In this document: one piece after another, positions 12,401 to 28,400 of the stretch
Layout: the number at the start of each line of letters is the position of its first letter
Position numbering within the stretch: the first letter of the stretch is position 1
NCBI RefSeq assembly: GCF_009914755.1
Contig: NC_060925.1
Direction: 5' to 3' (one strand)
Source of the DNA: the human T2T-CHM13v2.0 reference genome, Homo sapiens
DNA: 64,000 nt
Program-made: the position numbers and the translations under genes
The notes under the pieces: model-generated
Database searches by the model: none
Told to the model about the DNA's origin: nothing
The model's input: only the letters and a program-made list of their open reading frames with translations

Positions 12401-15400
12401 CATTGAATGGAAATGAAAGGGGTCATCATCTAATGGAATCGCATGGAATCATCATCAAATGGAATCGAATGGAATCATCATCAAATGGAATCTAATGGAA
12501 TCATTGAACAGAATTGAATGGAATCGTCATCGAATGAATTGAATGCAATCATCGAATGGTCTCGAATGGAATCATCTTCTAATGGAAAGGAATGGAATCA
12601 TCGCATAGAATCGAATGGAATTATCATCGAATGGAATCGAATGGCATCAACACCAAACGGAAAAAAACGGAATTATCGAATGGAATCGAAGAGAATCTTC
12701 GAACGGACCCGAATGGAATCATCTAATGGAATGGAATGGAATAATCCATGGACTCGAATGCAATCATCATCGAATGGAATCGAATGGAATCATCGAATGG
12801 ACTCGAATGGAATAATCATTGAACGGAATCGAATGGAATCATCATCGGATGGAAACGAATGGAATCATCATCGAATGGAAATGAAAGGAGTCATCATCTA
12901 ATGGAATTGCATGGAATCATCATAAAATGGAATCGAATGGAATCAACATCAAATGGAATCAAATGGAATCATTGAACGGAATTGAATGGAATCGTCATCG
13001 AATGAATTGACTGCAATCATCCAATGGTCTCGAATGGAATCATCTTCAAATGGAATGGAATGGAATCATCGCATAGAATCGAATGGAATTATCATCGAAT
13101 GGAATCGAATGGAATCAACATCAAACGGAAAAAAACGGAATTATCGAATGGAATCGAAGAGAATCATCGAATGGACCCGAATGGAATCATCTAATGGAAT
13201 GGAATGGAATAATCCATGGACTCGAATGCAATCATCATCGAATGGAATCGAATGGAATCATCGAATGGACTCGAATGGAATAATCATTGAACGGAATCGA
13301 ATGGAATCATCATCGGATGGAAATGAATGGAATCATCATCGAATGGAATCGAATAGAATTATGGAATGAAATCCAGTGTGATCATCATCGAATGGACCCG
13401 AATGGAATCATCATCCAACGGAAGCTAATGGAATCAACATCGAATGAATCGAATGGAAACACCATCGAATTGAAACGAATGGAATTATCATGAAATTGAA
13501 ATAGATGGACTCATCATCGAATGGATTCGAATGGAATCATCGAATAAAATTGATTGAAATCATCATCGAATGGAATCGAATGGTATCATTGAATGGAATC
13601 GAATGGAATCATCATCAGATGGAAATGAATGGAATCGTCATAGAATGGAATCGAATGGATTCATTGAATGGAATCAGATGGAATCATCGAATGGACTGGA
13701 ATGGAATCATTGAATGGACTCGAAAGGGATCATGATTGAATGGAATTGAATGGAATCATCGAATGGTCTCGATTGGAATCATTATCAAATGGAATCGAAT
13801 GGAATCACCGAATAGAATCGAATGGAACAATCATCGAATGGACTCAAATGGAATTATCCTCAAATGGAATCGAATGGAATTATCGAATGCAATCGAATGG
13901 AATTTTCGAATGCAATCGAATAGAATCATCGAATGGACTCGAATGGAATCATCGAATGGAATGGAATGGAACAGTCAATGAACACGAATGGAATCATCAT
14001 TGAATGGAATCGAATGGAATCATCGAGTGGAATCGAATTGAATTATGATCAAATGGAATCGAATGTAATCATCATCAAATGGAATCAAAAATAACCATCA
14101 TCAATTGCTATTGAATGGAATTGTCATCAAATGGAATTCAAAGGAATCATCATCAAATGGAACCGAATGGAATCCTCATTGAATGGAAATGAAAGGGGTC
14201 ATCATCTAATGGAATCGCATGGAATCATCATCAAATGGAATCAAATGGAATCATCATCAAATGGAATCTAATGGAATCATTGAACAGAATTGAATGGAAT
14301 CGTCATCAAATGAATTGAATGCAATCATCGAATGGTCTCGAATGGAATCATCTTCTAATGGAAAGGAATGGAATCATCGCATAGAATCGAATGGAATTAT
14401 CATCGAATGGAATCGAATGGTATCAACACCAAACGGAAAAAAACGGAATTATCGAATGGAATCGAAGAGAATCTTCGAACGGACCCGAATGGAATCATCT
14501 AATGGAATGGAATGGAATAATCCATGGACTCGAATGCAATCATCATCGAATGGAATCGAATGGAATCATCGAATGGACTCGAATGGAATAATCATTGAAC
14601 GGAATCGAATGGAATCATCATCGGATGGAAACGAATGGAATCATCATCGAATGGAAATGAAAGGAGTCATCATCTAATGCAATTGCATGGAATCATCATC
14701 AAATGGAATCGAATGGAATCAACATCAAATCGAATCAAACGGAATCATTGAACGGAATTGAATGGAATCGTCATCGAATGAATTGACTGCAATCATCGAA
14801 TGGTCTCGAATGGAATCATCTTCAAATGGAATGGAATGGAATCATCGCATAGAATCGAATGGAATTATCACCGAAAGCAATCGAATGGAATCAACATCCA
14901 ACGGAAAAAAACGGAATTATCGAATGGAATCGAAGAGAATCATCGAATGGACCCGAATGGAATCATCTAATGGAATGGAATGGAATAATCCATGGACTCG
15001 AATGCAATCATCATCGAATGGAATCGAATGGAATCATCGAATGGACTCGAATGGAATAATCATTGAACGGAATAGAATGGAATCATCATCGGATGGAAAT
15101 GAATGGAATCATCATCGAATGGAATCGAATAGAATTATGGAATTAAATCCAGTGTGATCATCATCGAATGGACCCGAATGGAATCATCATCCAACGGAAG
15201 CTAATGGAATCAACATCGAATGAATCAAATGGAAACACCATCGAATTGAAACGAATGGAATTATCATGAAATTGAAATGGATGGACTCATCATCGAATGG
15301 ATTCGAAAGGAATCATCGAATAAAATTGATTGAAATCATCATCGAATGGAATCGAATGGTATCATTGAATGGAATCGAATGGAATCATCATCAGATGGAA

Positions 15401-18400
15401 ATGAATGGAATCGTCATAGAATGGAATCGAATGGATTCATTGAATGGAATCAGATGGAATCATCGAATGGACTGGAATGGAATCATTGAATGGACTCGAA
15501 AGGGATCATGATTGAATGGAATTGAATGGAATCATCGAATGGTCTCGATTGGAATCATTATCAAATGGAATCGAATGGAATCACCGAATAGAATCGAATG
15601 GAACAATCATCGAATGGACTCAAATGGAATTATCCTCCAATGGAATCGAATGGAATTATCGAATGCAATCGAATGGAATTATCGAATGCAATCGAATAGA
15701 ATCATCGAATGGACTCGAATGGAATCATCGAATGGAATGGAATGGAACAGTCAATGAACTCGAATGGAATCATCATTGAATGGAATCGAATGGAATCATC
15801 GAGTAGAATCGAATGGAATTATGATCAAATGGAATCGAATGTAATCATCATCAAATGGAATCAAAAATAACCATCATCAATTGGTATTGAATGGAATTGT
15901 CATCAAATGGAATTCAAAGGAATCAATATCAAATGGAACCGAATGGAATCCTCATTGAATGGAAATGAAAGGGGTCATCATCTAATGGAATCGCATGGAA
16001 TCATCATCAAATGGAATCGAATGGAATCATCATCAAATGGAATCTAATGGAATCATTGAACAGAATTGAATGGAATCGTCATCGAATGAATTGAATGCAA
16101 TCATCGAATGGTCTCGAATGGAATCATCTTCTAATGGAAAGGAATGGAATCATCGCATAGAATCGAATGGAATTATCATCGAATGGAATCGAATGGTATC
16201 AACACCAAACGGAAAAAAACGGAATTATCGAATGGAATCGAAGAGAATCTTCGAACGGACCCGAATGGAATCATCTAATGGAATGGAATGGAATAATCCA
16301 TGGACTCGAATGCAATCATCATCGAATGGAATGGAATGGAATCATCGAATGGACTCGAATGGAATAATCATTGAACGGAATCGATTGGAATCATCATCGG
16401 ATGGAAACGAATGGAATCATCATCGAATGGAAATGAAAGGAGTCATCATCTAATGGAATTGCATGGAATCATCATAAAATGGAATCGAATGGAATCAACA
16501 TCAAATGGAATCAAAAGGAATCATTGAACGGAATTGAATGGAATCGTCATCGAATGAATTGACTGCAATCATCCAATGGTCTCGAATGGAATCATCTTCA
16601 AATGGAATGGAATGGAATCATCGCATAGAATCGAATGGAATTATCATCGAATGGAATCGAATGGAATCAACATCAAACGGAAAAAAACGGAATTATCGAA
16701 TGGAATCGAAGAGAATCATCGAATGGACCCGAATGGAATCATCTAATGGAATGGAATGGAATAATCCATGGACTCGAATGCAATCATCATCGAATGGAAT
16801 CGAATGGAATCATCGAATGGACTCGAATGGAATAATCATTGAACGGAATCGAATGGAATCATCATCGGATGGAAATGAATGGAATCATCATCGAATGGAA
16901 TCGAATAGAATTATGGAATGAAATCCAGTGTGATCATCATCGAATGGACCCGAATGGAATCATCATCCAACGGAAGCTAATGGAATCAACATCGAATGAA
17001 TCGAATGGAAACACCATCGAATTGAAACGAATGGAATTATCATGAAATTGAAATGGATGGACTCATCATCGAATGGATTCGAATGGAATCATCGAATAAA
17101 ATTGATTGAAATCATCATCAAATGGAATCGAATGGTATCATTGAATGGAATCGAATGAAATCATCATCAGATGGAAATGAATGGAATCGTCATAGATTGG
17201 AATCGAATGGATTCATTGAATGGAATCAGATGGAATCATCGAATGGACTGGAATGGAATCATTGAATGGACTCGAAAGGGATCATGATTGAATGGAATTG
17301 AATGGAATCATCGAATGGTCTCGATTGGAATCATTATCAAATGGAATCGAATGGAATCACCGAATAGAATCGAATGGAACAATCATCGAATGGACTCAAA
17401 TGGAATTATCCTCAAATGGAATCGAATGGAATTATCGAATGCAATCGAATGGAATTATCGAATGCAATCGAATAGAATCATCGAATGGACTCGAATGGAA
17501 TCATCGAATGGAATGGAATGGAACAGTCAATGAACACGAATGGAATAATCATTGAATGGAATCGAATGGAATCATCGAGTGGAATCGAATTGAATTATGA
17601 TCAAATGGAATCGAATGTAATCATCATCAAATGGAATCAAAAATAACCATCATCAATTGCTATTGAATGGAATTGTCATCAAATGGAATTCAAAGGAATC
17701 ATCATCAAATGGAACCGAATGGAATCCTCATTGAATGGAAATGAAAGGGGTCATCATCTAATGGAATCGCATGGAATCATCATCAAATGGAATCAAATGG
17801 AATCATCATCAAATGGAATCTAATGGAATCATTGAACAGAATTGAATGGAATCGTCATCGAATGAATTGAATGCAATCATCGAATGGTCTCGAATGGAAT
17901 CATCTTCTAATGGAAAGGAATGGAATCATCGCATAGAATCGAATGGAATTATCATCGAATGGAATCGAATGGTATCAACACCAAACGGAAAAAAACGGAA
18001 TTATCGAATGGAATCGAAGAGAATCTTCGAACGGACCCGAATGGAATCATCTAATGGAATGGAATGGAATAATCCATGGACTCGAATGCAATCATCATCG
18101 AATGGAATCGAATGGAATCATCGAATGGACTCGAATGGAATAATCATTGAACGGAATCGAATGGAATCATCATCGGATGGAAACGAATGGAATCATCATC
18201 GAATGGAAATGAAAGGAGTCATCATCTAATGCAATTGCATGGAATCATCATCAAATGGAATCGAATGGAATCAACATCAAATGGAATCTAATGGAATCAT
18301 TGAACAGAATTGAATGGAATCGTCATCGAATGAATTGACTGCAATCATCGAATGGTCTCGAATGGAATCATCTTCAAATGGAATGGAATGGAATCATCGC

Positions 18401-19461
18401 ATAGAATCGAATGGAATTATCATCGAATGGAATCGAATGGAATCAACATCAAACGGAAAAAAACGGAATTATCGAATGGAATCGAAGAGAATCATCGCAT
18501 GGACCCGAATGGAATCATCTAATGGAATGGAATGGAATAATCCATGGACTCGAATGCAATCATCATCGAATGGAATCGAATGGAATCATCGAGTGGACTC
18601 GAATGGAATAATCATTGAACGGAATCGAATGGAATCATCATCGGATGGAAATGAATGGAATCATCATCGAATGGAATCGAATAGAATTATGGAATGAAAT
18701 CCAGTGTGATCATCATCGAATGGACCCGAATGGAATCATCATCCAACGGAAGCTAATGGAATCAACATCGAATGAATCAAATGGAAACACCATCGAATTG
18801 AAACGAATGGAATTATCATGAAATTGAAATGGATGGACTCATCATCGAATGGATTCGAATGGAATCATCGAATAAAATTGATTGAAATCATCATCGAATG
18901 GAATCGAATGGTATCATTGAATGGAATCGAATGGAATCATCATCAGATGGAAATGAATGGAATCGTCATAGAATGGAATCGAATGGATTCATTGAATGGA
19001 ATCAGATGGAATCATCGAATGGACTGGAATGGAATCATTGAATGGACTCGAAAGCGATCATGATTGAATGGAATTGAATGGAATCATCGAATGGTCTCGA
19101 TTGGAATCATTATCAAATGGAATCGAATGGAATCACCGAATAGAATCGAATGGAACAATCATCGAATGGACTCAAATGGAATTATCCTCAAATGGAATCG
19201 AATGGAATTATCGAATGCAATCGAATGGAATTATCGAATGCAATCGAATAGAATCATCGAATGGACTCGAATGGAATCATCGAATGGAATGGAATGGAAC
19301 AGTCAATGAACTCGAATGGAATCATCATTGAATGGAATCGAATGGAATCATCGAGTGGAATCGAATGGAATTATGATCAAATGCAATCGAATGTAATCCT
19401 CATCAAATGGAATCAAAAATAACCATCATCAATTGGTATTGAATGGAATTGTCATCAAATG
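3478..19461 (+). repeat. Run of nine full-length 1776-bp units
   Basis: EcoRI 3478 to 19462 = 15984 = 9 x 1776; the ORF track repeats with exact 1776 spacing. Confidence 0.93.
6200..17000 (+). repeat. Tandem duplication of a three-unit block (period 5328 bp)
   Basis: Private variants recur exactly 5328 bp apart: ORFs 7190/12518 (MASTP), 8177/13505, 8408/13736 (WNFRM), 9434/14762 (ITESN), 10742/16070; TCAAAAGG at 11183/16511. Confidence 0.92.
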
Positions 19462-22400
19462 GAATTCAAAGGAATCATCATCAAATGGAACCGAATGGAA
19501 TCCTCATTGAATGGAAATGAAAGGGGTCATCATCTAATGGAATCGCATGGAATCATCATCAAATGGAATCGAATGGAATCATCATCAAATGGAATCTAAT
19601 GGAATCATTGAACAGAATTGAATGGAATCGTCATCGAATGAATTGAATGCAATCATCGAATGGTCTCGAATGGAATCATCTTCTAATGGAAAGGAATGGA
19701 ATCATCGCATAGAATCGAATGGAATTATCATCGAATGGAATCGAATGGTATCAACACCAAACGGAAAAAAACGGAATTATCGAATGGAATCGAAGAGAAT
19801 CTTCGAACGGACCCGAATGGAATCATCTAATGGAATGGAATGGAATAATCCATGGACTCGAATGCAATCATCATCGAATGGAATCGAATGGAATCATCGA
19901 ATGGACTCGAATGGAATAATCATTGAACGGAATCGAATGGAATCATCATCGGATGGAAACGAATGGAATCATCATCGAATGGAAATGAAAGGAGTCATCA
20001 TCTAATGGAATTGCATGGAATCATCATAAAATGGAATCGAATGGAATCAACATCAAATCGAATCAAACGGAATCATTGAACAGAATTGAATGGAATCGTC
20101 ATCGAATGAATTGACTGCAATCATCGAATGGTCTCGAATGGAATCATCTTCAAATGGAATGGAATGGAATCATCGCATAGAATCGAATGGAATTATCACC
20201 GAATGGAATCGAATGGAATCAACATCAAACGGAAAAAAACGGAATTATCGAATGGAATCGAAGAGAATCATCGAATGGACCCGAATGGAATCATCTAATG
20301 GAATGGAATGGAATAATCCATGGACTCGAATGCAATCATCATCGAATGGAATCGAATGGAATCATCGAATGAACTCGAATGGAATCATCATTGAATGGAA
20401 TCGAATGGAATCATCGAGTGGAATCGAATGGAATTATGATCAAATGGAATCGAATGTAATCATCATCAAATGGAATCAAAAATAACCATCATCAATTGGT
20501 ATTGAATGGAATTGTCATCAAATGGAATTCAAAGGAATCATCATCAAATGGAACCGAATGGAATCCTCATTGAATGGAAATGAAAGGGGTCATCATCTAA
20601 TGGAATCGCATGGAATCATCATCAAATGGAATCGAATGGAATCATCATCAAATGGAATCTAATGGAATCATTGAACAGAATTGAATGGAATCGTCATCGA
20701 ATGAATTGAATGCAATCATCGAATGGTCTCGAATGGAATCATCTTCTAATGGAAAGGAATGGAATCATCGCATAGAATCGAATGGAATTATCATCGAATG
20801 GAATCGAATGGTATCAACACCAAACGGAAAAAAACGGAATTATCGAATGGAATCGAAGAGAATCTTCGAACGGACCCGAATGGAATCATCTAATGGAATG
20901 GAATGGAATAATCCATGGACTCGAATGCAATCATCATCGAATGGAATCGAATGGAATCATCGAATGGACTCGAATGGAATAATCATTGAACGGAATCGAA
21001 TGGAATCATCATCGGATGGAAACGAATGGAATCATCATCGAATGGAAATGAAAGGAGTCATCATCTAATGGAATTGCATGGAATCATCATAAAATGGAAT
21101 CGAATGGAATCAACATCAAATGGAATCAAATGGAATCATTGAACGGAATTGAATGGAATCGTCATCGAATGAATTGACTGCAATCATCGAATGGTCTCGA
21201 ATGGAATCATCTTCAAATGGAATGGAATGGAATCATCGCATAGAATCGAATGGAATTATCATCGAATGGAATGGAATGGAATCAACATCAAACGGAAAAA
21301 AACGGAATTATCGAATGGAATCGAAGAGAATCATCGAATGGACCCGAATGGAATCATCTAATGGAATGGAATGGAATAATCCATGGACTCGAATGCAATC
21401 ATCATCCAATGGAATCGAATGGAATCATCGAATGGACTCGAATGGAATAATCATTGAACGGAATCGAATGGAATCATCATCGGATGGAAATGAATGGAAT
21501 CATCATCGAATGGAATCGAATAGAATTATGGAATGAAATCCAGTGTGATCATCATCGAATGGACCCGAATGGAATCATCATCCAACGGAAGCTAATGGAA
21601 TCAACATCGAATGAATCGAATGGAAACACCATCGAATTGAAACGAATGGAATTATCATGAAATTGAAATGGATGGACTCATCATCGAATGGATTCGAATG
21701 GAATCATCGAATAAAATTGATTGAAATCATCATCGAATGGAATCGAATGGTATCATTGAATGGAATCGAATGGAATCATAATCAGATGGAAATGAATGGA
21801 ATCGTCATAGAATGGAATCGAATGGATTCATTGAATGGAATCAGATGGAATCATCGAATGGACTGGAATGGAATCATTGAATGGACTTGAAAGGGATCAT
21901 GATTGAATGGAATTGAATGGAATCATCGAATGGTCTCGATTGGAATCATTATCAAATGGAATCGAATGGAATCACCGAATAGAATCGAATGGAACAATCA
22001 TCGAATGGACTCAAATGGAATTATCCTCAAATGGAATCGAATGGAATTATCGAATGCAATCGAATGGAATTATCGAATGCAATCGAATAGAATCATCGAA
22101 TGGACTCGAATGGAATCATCGAATGGAATGGAATGGAACAGTCAATGAACACGAATGGAATCATCATTGAATGGAATCGAATGGAATCATCGAGTGGAAT
22201 CGAATGGAATTATGATCAAATGGAATCGAATGTAATCATCATCAAATGGAATCAAAAATAACCATCATCAATTGGTATTGAATGGAATTGTCATCAAATG
22301 GAATTCAAAGGAATCATCATCAAATGGAACCGAATGGAATCCTCATTGAATGGAAATGAAAGGGGTCATCATCTTATGGAATCGCATGGAATCATCATCA

Positions 22401-25400
22401 AATGGAATCGAATGGAATCATCATCAAATGGAATCTAATGGAATCATTGAGCAGAATTGAATGGAATCGTCATCGAATGAATTGAATGCAATCATCGAAT
22501 GGTCTCGAATGGAATCATCTTCTAATGGAAAGGAATGGAATCATCGCATAGAATCGAATGGAATTATCATCGAATGGAATCGAATGGTATCAACACCAAA
22601 CGGAAAAAAACGGAATTATCGAATGGAATCGAAGAGAATCTTCGAACGGACCCGAATGGAATCATCTAATGGAATGGAATGGAATAATCCATGGACTCGA
22701 ATGCAATCATCATCGAATGGAATCGAATGGAATCATCGAATGGACTCGAATGGAATAATCATTGAAAGGAATCGAATGGAATCATCATCGGATGGAAACG
22801 AATGGAATCATCATCGAATGGAAATGAAAGGAGTCATCATCTAATGCAATTGCATGGAATCATCATCAAATGGAATCGAATGGAATCAACATCAAATGGA
22901 ATCTAATGGAATCATTGAACAGAATTGAATGGAATCGTCATCGAATGAATTGACTGCAATCATCGAATGGTCTCGAATGGAATCATCTTCAAATGGAATG
23001 GAATGGAATCATCGCATAGAATCGAATGGAATTATCATCGAATGGAATCGAATGGAATCAACATCAAACGGAAAAAAACGGAATTATCGAATGGAATCGA
23101 AGAGAATCATCGAATGGACCCGAATGGAATCATCTAATGGAATGGAATGGAATAATCCATGGACTCGAATGCAATCATCATCGAATGGAATCGAATGGAA
23201 TCATCGAGTGGACTCGAATGGAATAATCATTGAACGGAATCGAATGGAATCATCATCGGATGGAAATGAATGGAATCATCATCGAATGGAATCGAATAGA
23301 ATTATGGAATTAAATCCAGTGTGATCATCATCGAATGGACCCGAATGGAATCATCATCCAACGGAAGCTAATGGAATCAACATCGAATGAATCAAATGGA
23401 AACACCATCGAATTGAAACGAATGGAATTATCATGAAATTGAAATGGATGGACTCATCATCGAATGGATTCGAATGGAATCATCGAATAAAATTGATTGA
23501 AATCATCATCGAATGGAATCGAATGGTATCATTGAATGGAATCGAATGGAATCATCATCAGATGGAAATGAATGGAATCGTCATAGAATGGAATCGAATG
23601 GATTCATTGAATGGAATCAGATGGAATCATCGAATGGACTGGAATGGAATCATTGAATGGACTCGAAAGGGATCATGATTGAATGGAATTGAATGGAATC
23701 ATCGAATGGTCTCGATTGGAATCATTATCAAATGGAATCGAATGGAATCACCGAATAGAATCGAATGGAACAATCATCGAATGGACTCAAATGGAATTAT
23801 CCTCAAATGGAATCGAATGGAATTATCGAATGCAATCGAATGGAATTATCGAATGCAATCGAATAGAATCATCGAATGGACTCGAATGGAATCATCGAAT
23901 GGAATGGAATGGAACAGTCAATGAACTCGAATGGAATCATCATTGAATGGAATCGAATGGAATCATCGAGTGGAATCGAATGGAATTATGATCAAATGCA
24001 ATCGAATGTAATCCTCATCAAATGGAATCAAAAATAACCATCATCAATTGGTATTGAATGGAATTGTCATCAAATGGAATTCAAAGGAATCATCATCAAA
24101 TGGAACCGAATGGAATCCTCATTGAATGGAAATGAAAGGGGTCATCATCTAATGGAATCGCATGGAATCATCATCAAATGGAATCGAATGGAATCATCAT
24201 CAAATGGAATCTAATGGAATCATTGAACAGAATTGAATGGAATCGTCATCGAATGAATTGAATGCAATCATCGAATGGTCTCGAATGGAATCATCTTCTA
24301 ATGGAAAGGAATGGAATCATCGCATAGAATCGAATGGAATTATCATCGAATGGAATCGAATGGTATCAACACCAAACGGAAAAAAACGGAATTATCGAAT
24401 GGAATCGAAGAGAATCTTCGAACGGACCCGAATGGAATCATCTAATGGAATGGAATGGAATAATCCATGGACTCGAATGCAATCATCATCGAATGGAATC
24501 GAATGGAATCATCGAATGGACTCGAATGGAATAATCATTGAACGGAATCGAATGGAATCATCATCGGATGGAAACGAATGGAATCATCATCGAATGGAAA
24601 TGAAAGGAGTCATCATCTAATGGAATTGCATGGAATCATCATAAAATGGAATCGAATGGAATCAACATCAAATCGAATCAAACGGAATCATTGAACAGAA
24701 TTGAATGGAATCGTCATCGAATGAATTGACTGCAATCATCGAATGGTCTCGAATGGAATCATCTTCAAATGGAATGGAATGGAATCATCGCATAGAATCG
24801 AATGGAATTATCACCGAATGGAATCGAATGGAATCAACATCAAACGGAAAAAAACGGAATTATCGAATGGAATCGAAGAGAATAATCGAATGGACCCGAA
24901 TGGAATCATCTAATGGAATGGAATGGAATAATCCATGGACTCGAATGCAATCATCATCGAATGGAATCGAATGGAATCATCGAATGAACTCGAATGGAAT
25001 CATCATTGAATGGAATCGAATGGAATCATCGAGTGGAATCGAATGGAATTATGATCAAATGGAATCGAATGTAATCATCATCAAATGGAATCAAAAATAA
25101 CCATCATCAATTGGTATTGAATGGAATTGTCATCAAATGGAATTCAAAGGAATCATCATCAAATGGAACCGAATGGAATCCTCATTGAATGGAAATGAAA
25201 GGGGTCATCATCTAATGGAATCGCATGGAATCATCATCAAATGGAATCGAATGGAATCATCATCAAATGGAATCTAATGGAATCATTGAACAGAATTGAA
25301 TGGAATCGTCATCGAATGAATTGAATGCAATCATCGAATGGTCTCGAATGGAATCATCTTCTAATGGAAAGGAATGGAATCATCGCATAGAATCGAATGG

Positions 25401-28400
25401 AATTATCATCGAATGGAATCGAATGGTATCAACACCAAACGGAAAAAAACGGAATTATCGAATGGAATCGAAGAGAATCTTCGAACGGACCCGAATGGAA
25501 TCATCTAATGGAATGGAATGGAATAATCCATGGACTCGAATGCAATCATCATCGAATGGAATCGAATGGAATCATCGAATGGACTCGAATGGAATAATCA
25601 TTGAACGGAATCGAATGGAATCATCATCGGATGGAAACGAATGGAATCATCATCGAATGGAAATGAAAGGAGTCATCATCTAATGGAATTGCATGGAATC
25701 ATCATAAAATGGAATCGAATGGAATCAACATCAAATCGAATCAAACGGAATCATTGAACAGAATTGAATGGAATCGTCATCGAATGAATTGACTGCAATC
25801 ATCGAATGGTCTCGAATGGAATCATCTTCAAATGGAATGGAATGGAATCATCGCATAGAATCGAATGGAATTATCACCGAATGGAATCGAATGGAATCAA
25901 CATCAAACGGAAAAAAACGGAATTATCGAATGGAATCGAAGAGAATCATCGAATGGACCCGAATGGAATCATCTAATGGAATGGAATGGAATAATCCATG
26001 GACTCGAATGCAATCATCATCGAATGGAATCGAATGGAATCATCGAATGAACTCGAATGGAATCATCATTGAATGGAATCGAATGGAATCATCGAGTGGA
26101 ATCGAATGGAATTATGATCAAATGGAATCGAATGTAATCATCATCAAATGGAATCAAAAATAACCATCATCAATTGGTATTGAATGGAATTGTCATCAAA
26201 TGGAATTCAAAGGAATCATCATCAAATGGAACCGAATGGAATCCTCATTGAATGGAAATGAAAGGGGTCATCATCTAATGGAATCGCATGGAATCATCAT
26301 CAAATGGAATCGAATGGAATCATCATCAAATGGAATCTAATGGAATCATTGAACAGAATTGAATGGAATCGTCATCGAATGAATTGAATGCAATCATCGA
26401 ATGGTCTCGAATGGAATCATCTTCTAATGGAAAGGAATGGAATCATCGCATAGAATCGAATGGAATTATCATCGAATGGAATCGAATGGTATCAACACCA
26501 AACGGAAAAAAACGGAATTATCGAATGGAATCGAAGAGAATCTTCGAACGGACCCGAATGGAATCATCTAATGGAATGGAATGGAATAATCCATGGACTC
26601 GAATGCAATCATCATCGAATGGAATCGAATGGAATCATCGAATGGACTCGAATGGAATAATCATTGAACGGAATCGAATGGAATCATCATCGGATGGAAA
26701 CGAATGGAATCATCATCGAATGGAAATGAAAGGAGTCATCATCTAATGGAATTGCATGGAATCATCATAAAATGGAATCGAATGGAATCAACATCAAATG
26801 GAATCAAATGGAATCATTGAACGGAATTGAATGGAATCGTCATCGAATGAATTGACTGCAATCATCGAATGGTCTCGAATGGAATCATCTTCAAATGGAA
26901 TGGAATGGAATCATCGCATAGAATCGAATGGAATTATCATCGAATGGAATGGAATGGAATCAACATCAAACGGAAAAAAACGGAATTATCGAATGGAATC
27001 GAAGAGAATCATCGAATGGACCCGAATGGAATCATCTAATGGAATGGAATGGAATAATCCATGGACTCGAATGCAATCATCATCCAATGGAATCGAATGG
27101 AATCATCGAATGGACTCGAATGGAATAATCATTGAACGGAATCGAATGGAATCATCATCGGATGGAAATGAATGGAATCATCATCGAATGGAATCGAATA
27201 GAATTATGGAATGAAATCCAGTGTGATCATCATCGAATGGACCCGAATGGAATCATCATCCAACGGAAGCTAATGGAATCAACATCGAATGAATCGAATG
27301 GAAACACCATCGAATTGAAACGAATGGAATTATCATGAAATTGAAATGGATGGACTCATCATCGAATGGATTCGAATGGAATCATCGAATAAAATTGATT
27401 GAAATCATCATCGAATGGAATCGAATGGTATCATTGAATGGAATCGAATGGAATCATAATCAGATGGAAATGAATGGAATCGTCATAGAATGGAATCGAA
27501 TGGATTCATTGAATGGAATCAGATGGAATCATCGAATGGACTGGAATGGAATCATTGAATGGACTTGAAAGGGATCATGATTGAATGGAATTGAATGGAA
27601 TCATCGAATGGTCTCGATTGGAATCATTATCAAATGGAATCGAATGGAATCACCGAATAGAATCGAATGGAACAATCATCGAATGGACTCAAATGGAATT
27701 ATCCTCAAATGGAATCGAATGGAATTATCGAATGCAATCGAATGGAATTATCGAATGCAATCGAATAGAATCATCGAATGGACTCGAATGGAATCATCGA
27801 ATGGAATGGAATGGAACAGTCAATGAACACGAATGGAATCATCATTGAATGGAATCGAATGGAATCATCGAGTGGAATCGAATGGAATTATGATCAAATG
27901 GAATCGAATGTAATCATCATCAAATGGAATCAAAAATAACCATCATCAATTGGTATTGAATGGAATTGTCATCAAATGGAATTCAAAGGAATCATCATCA
28001 AATGGAACCGAATGGAATCCTCATTGAATGGAAATGAAAGGGGTCATCATCTTATGGAATCGCATGGAATCATCATCAAATGGAATCGAATGGAATCATC
28101 ATCAAATGGAATCTAATGGAATCATTGAACAGAATTGAATGGAATCGTCATCGAATGAATTGAATGCAATCATCGAATGGTCTCGAATGGAATCATCTTC
28201 TAATGGAAAGGAATGGAATCATCGCATAGAATCGAATGGAATTATCATCGAATGGAATCGAATGGTATCAACACCAAACGGAAAAAAACGGAATTATCGA
28301 ATGGAATCGAAGAGAATCTTCGAACGGACCCGAATGGAATCATCTAATGGAATGGAATGGAATAATCCATGGACTCGAATGCAATCATCATCGAATGGAA

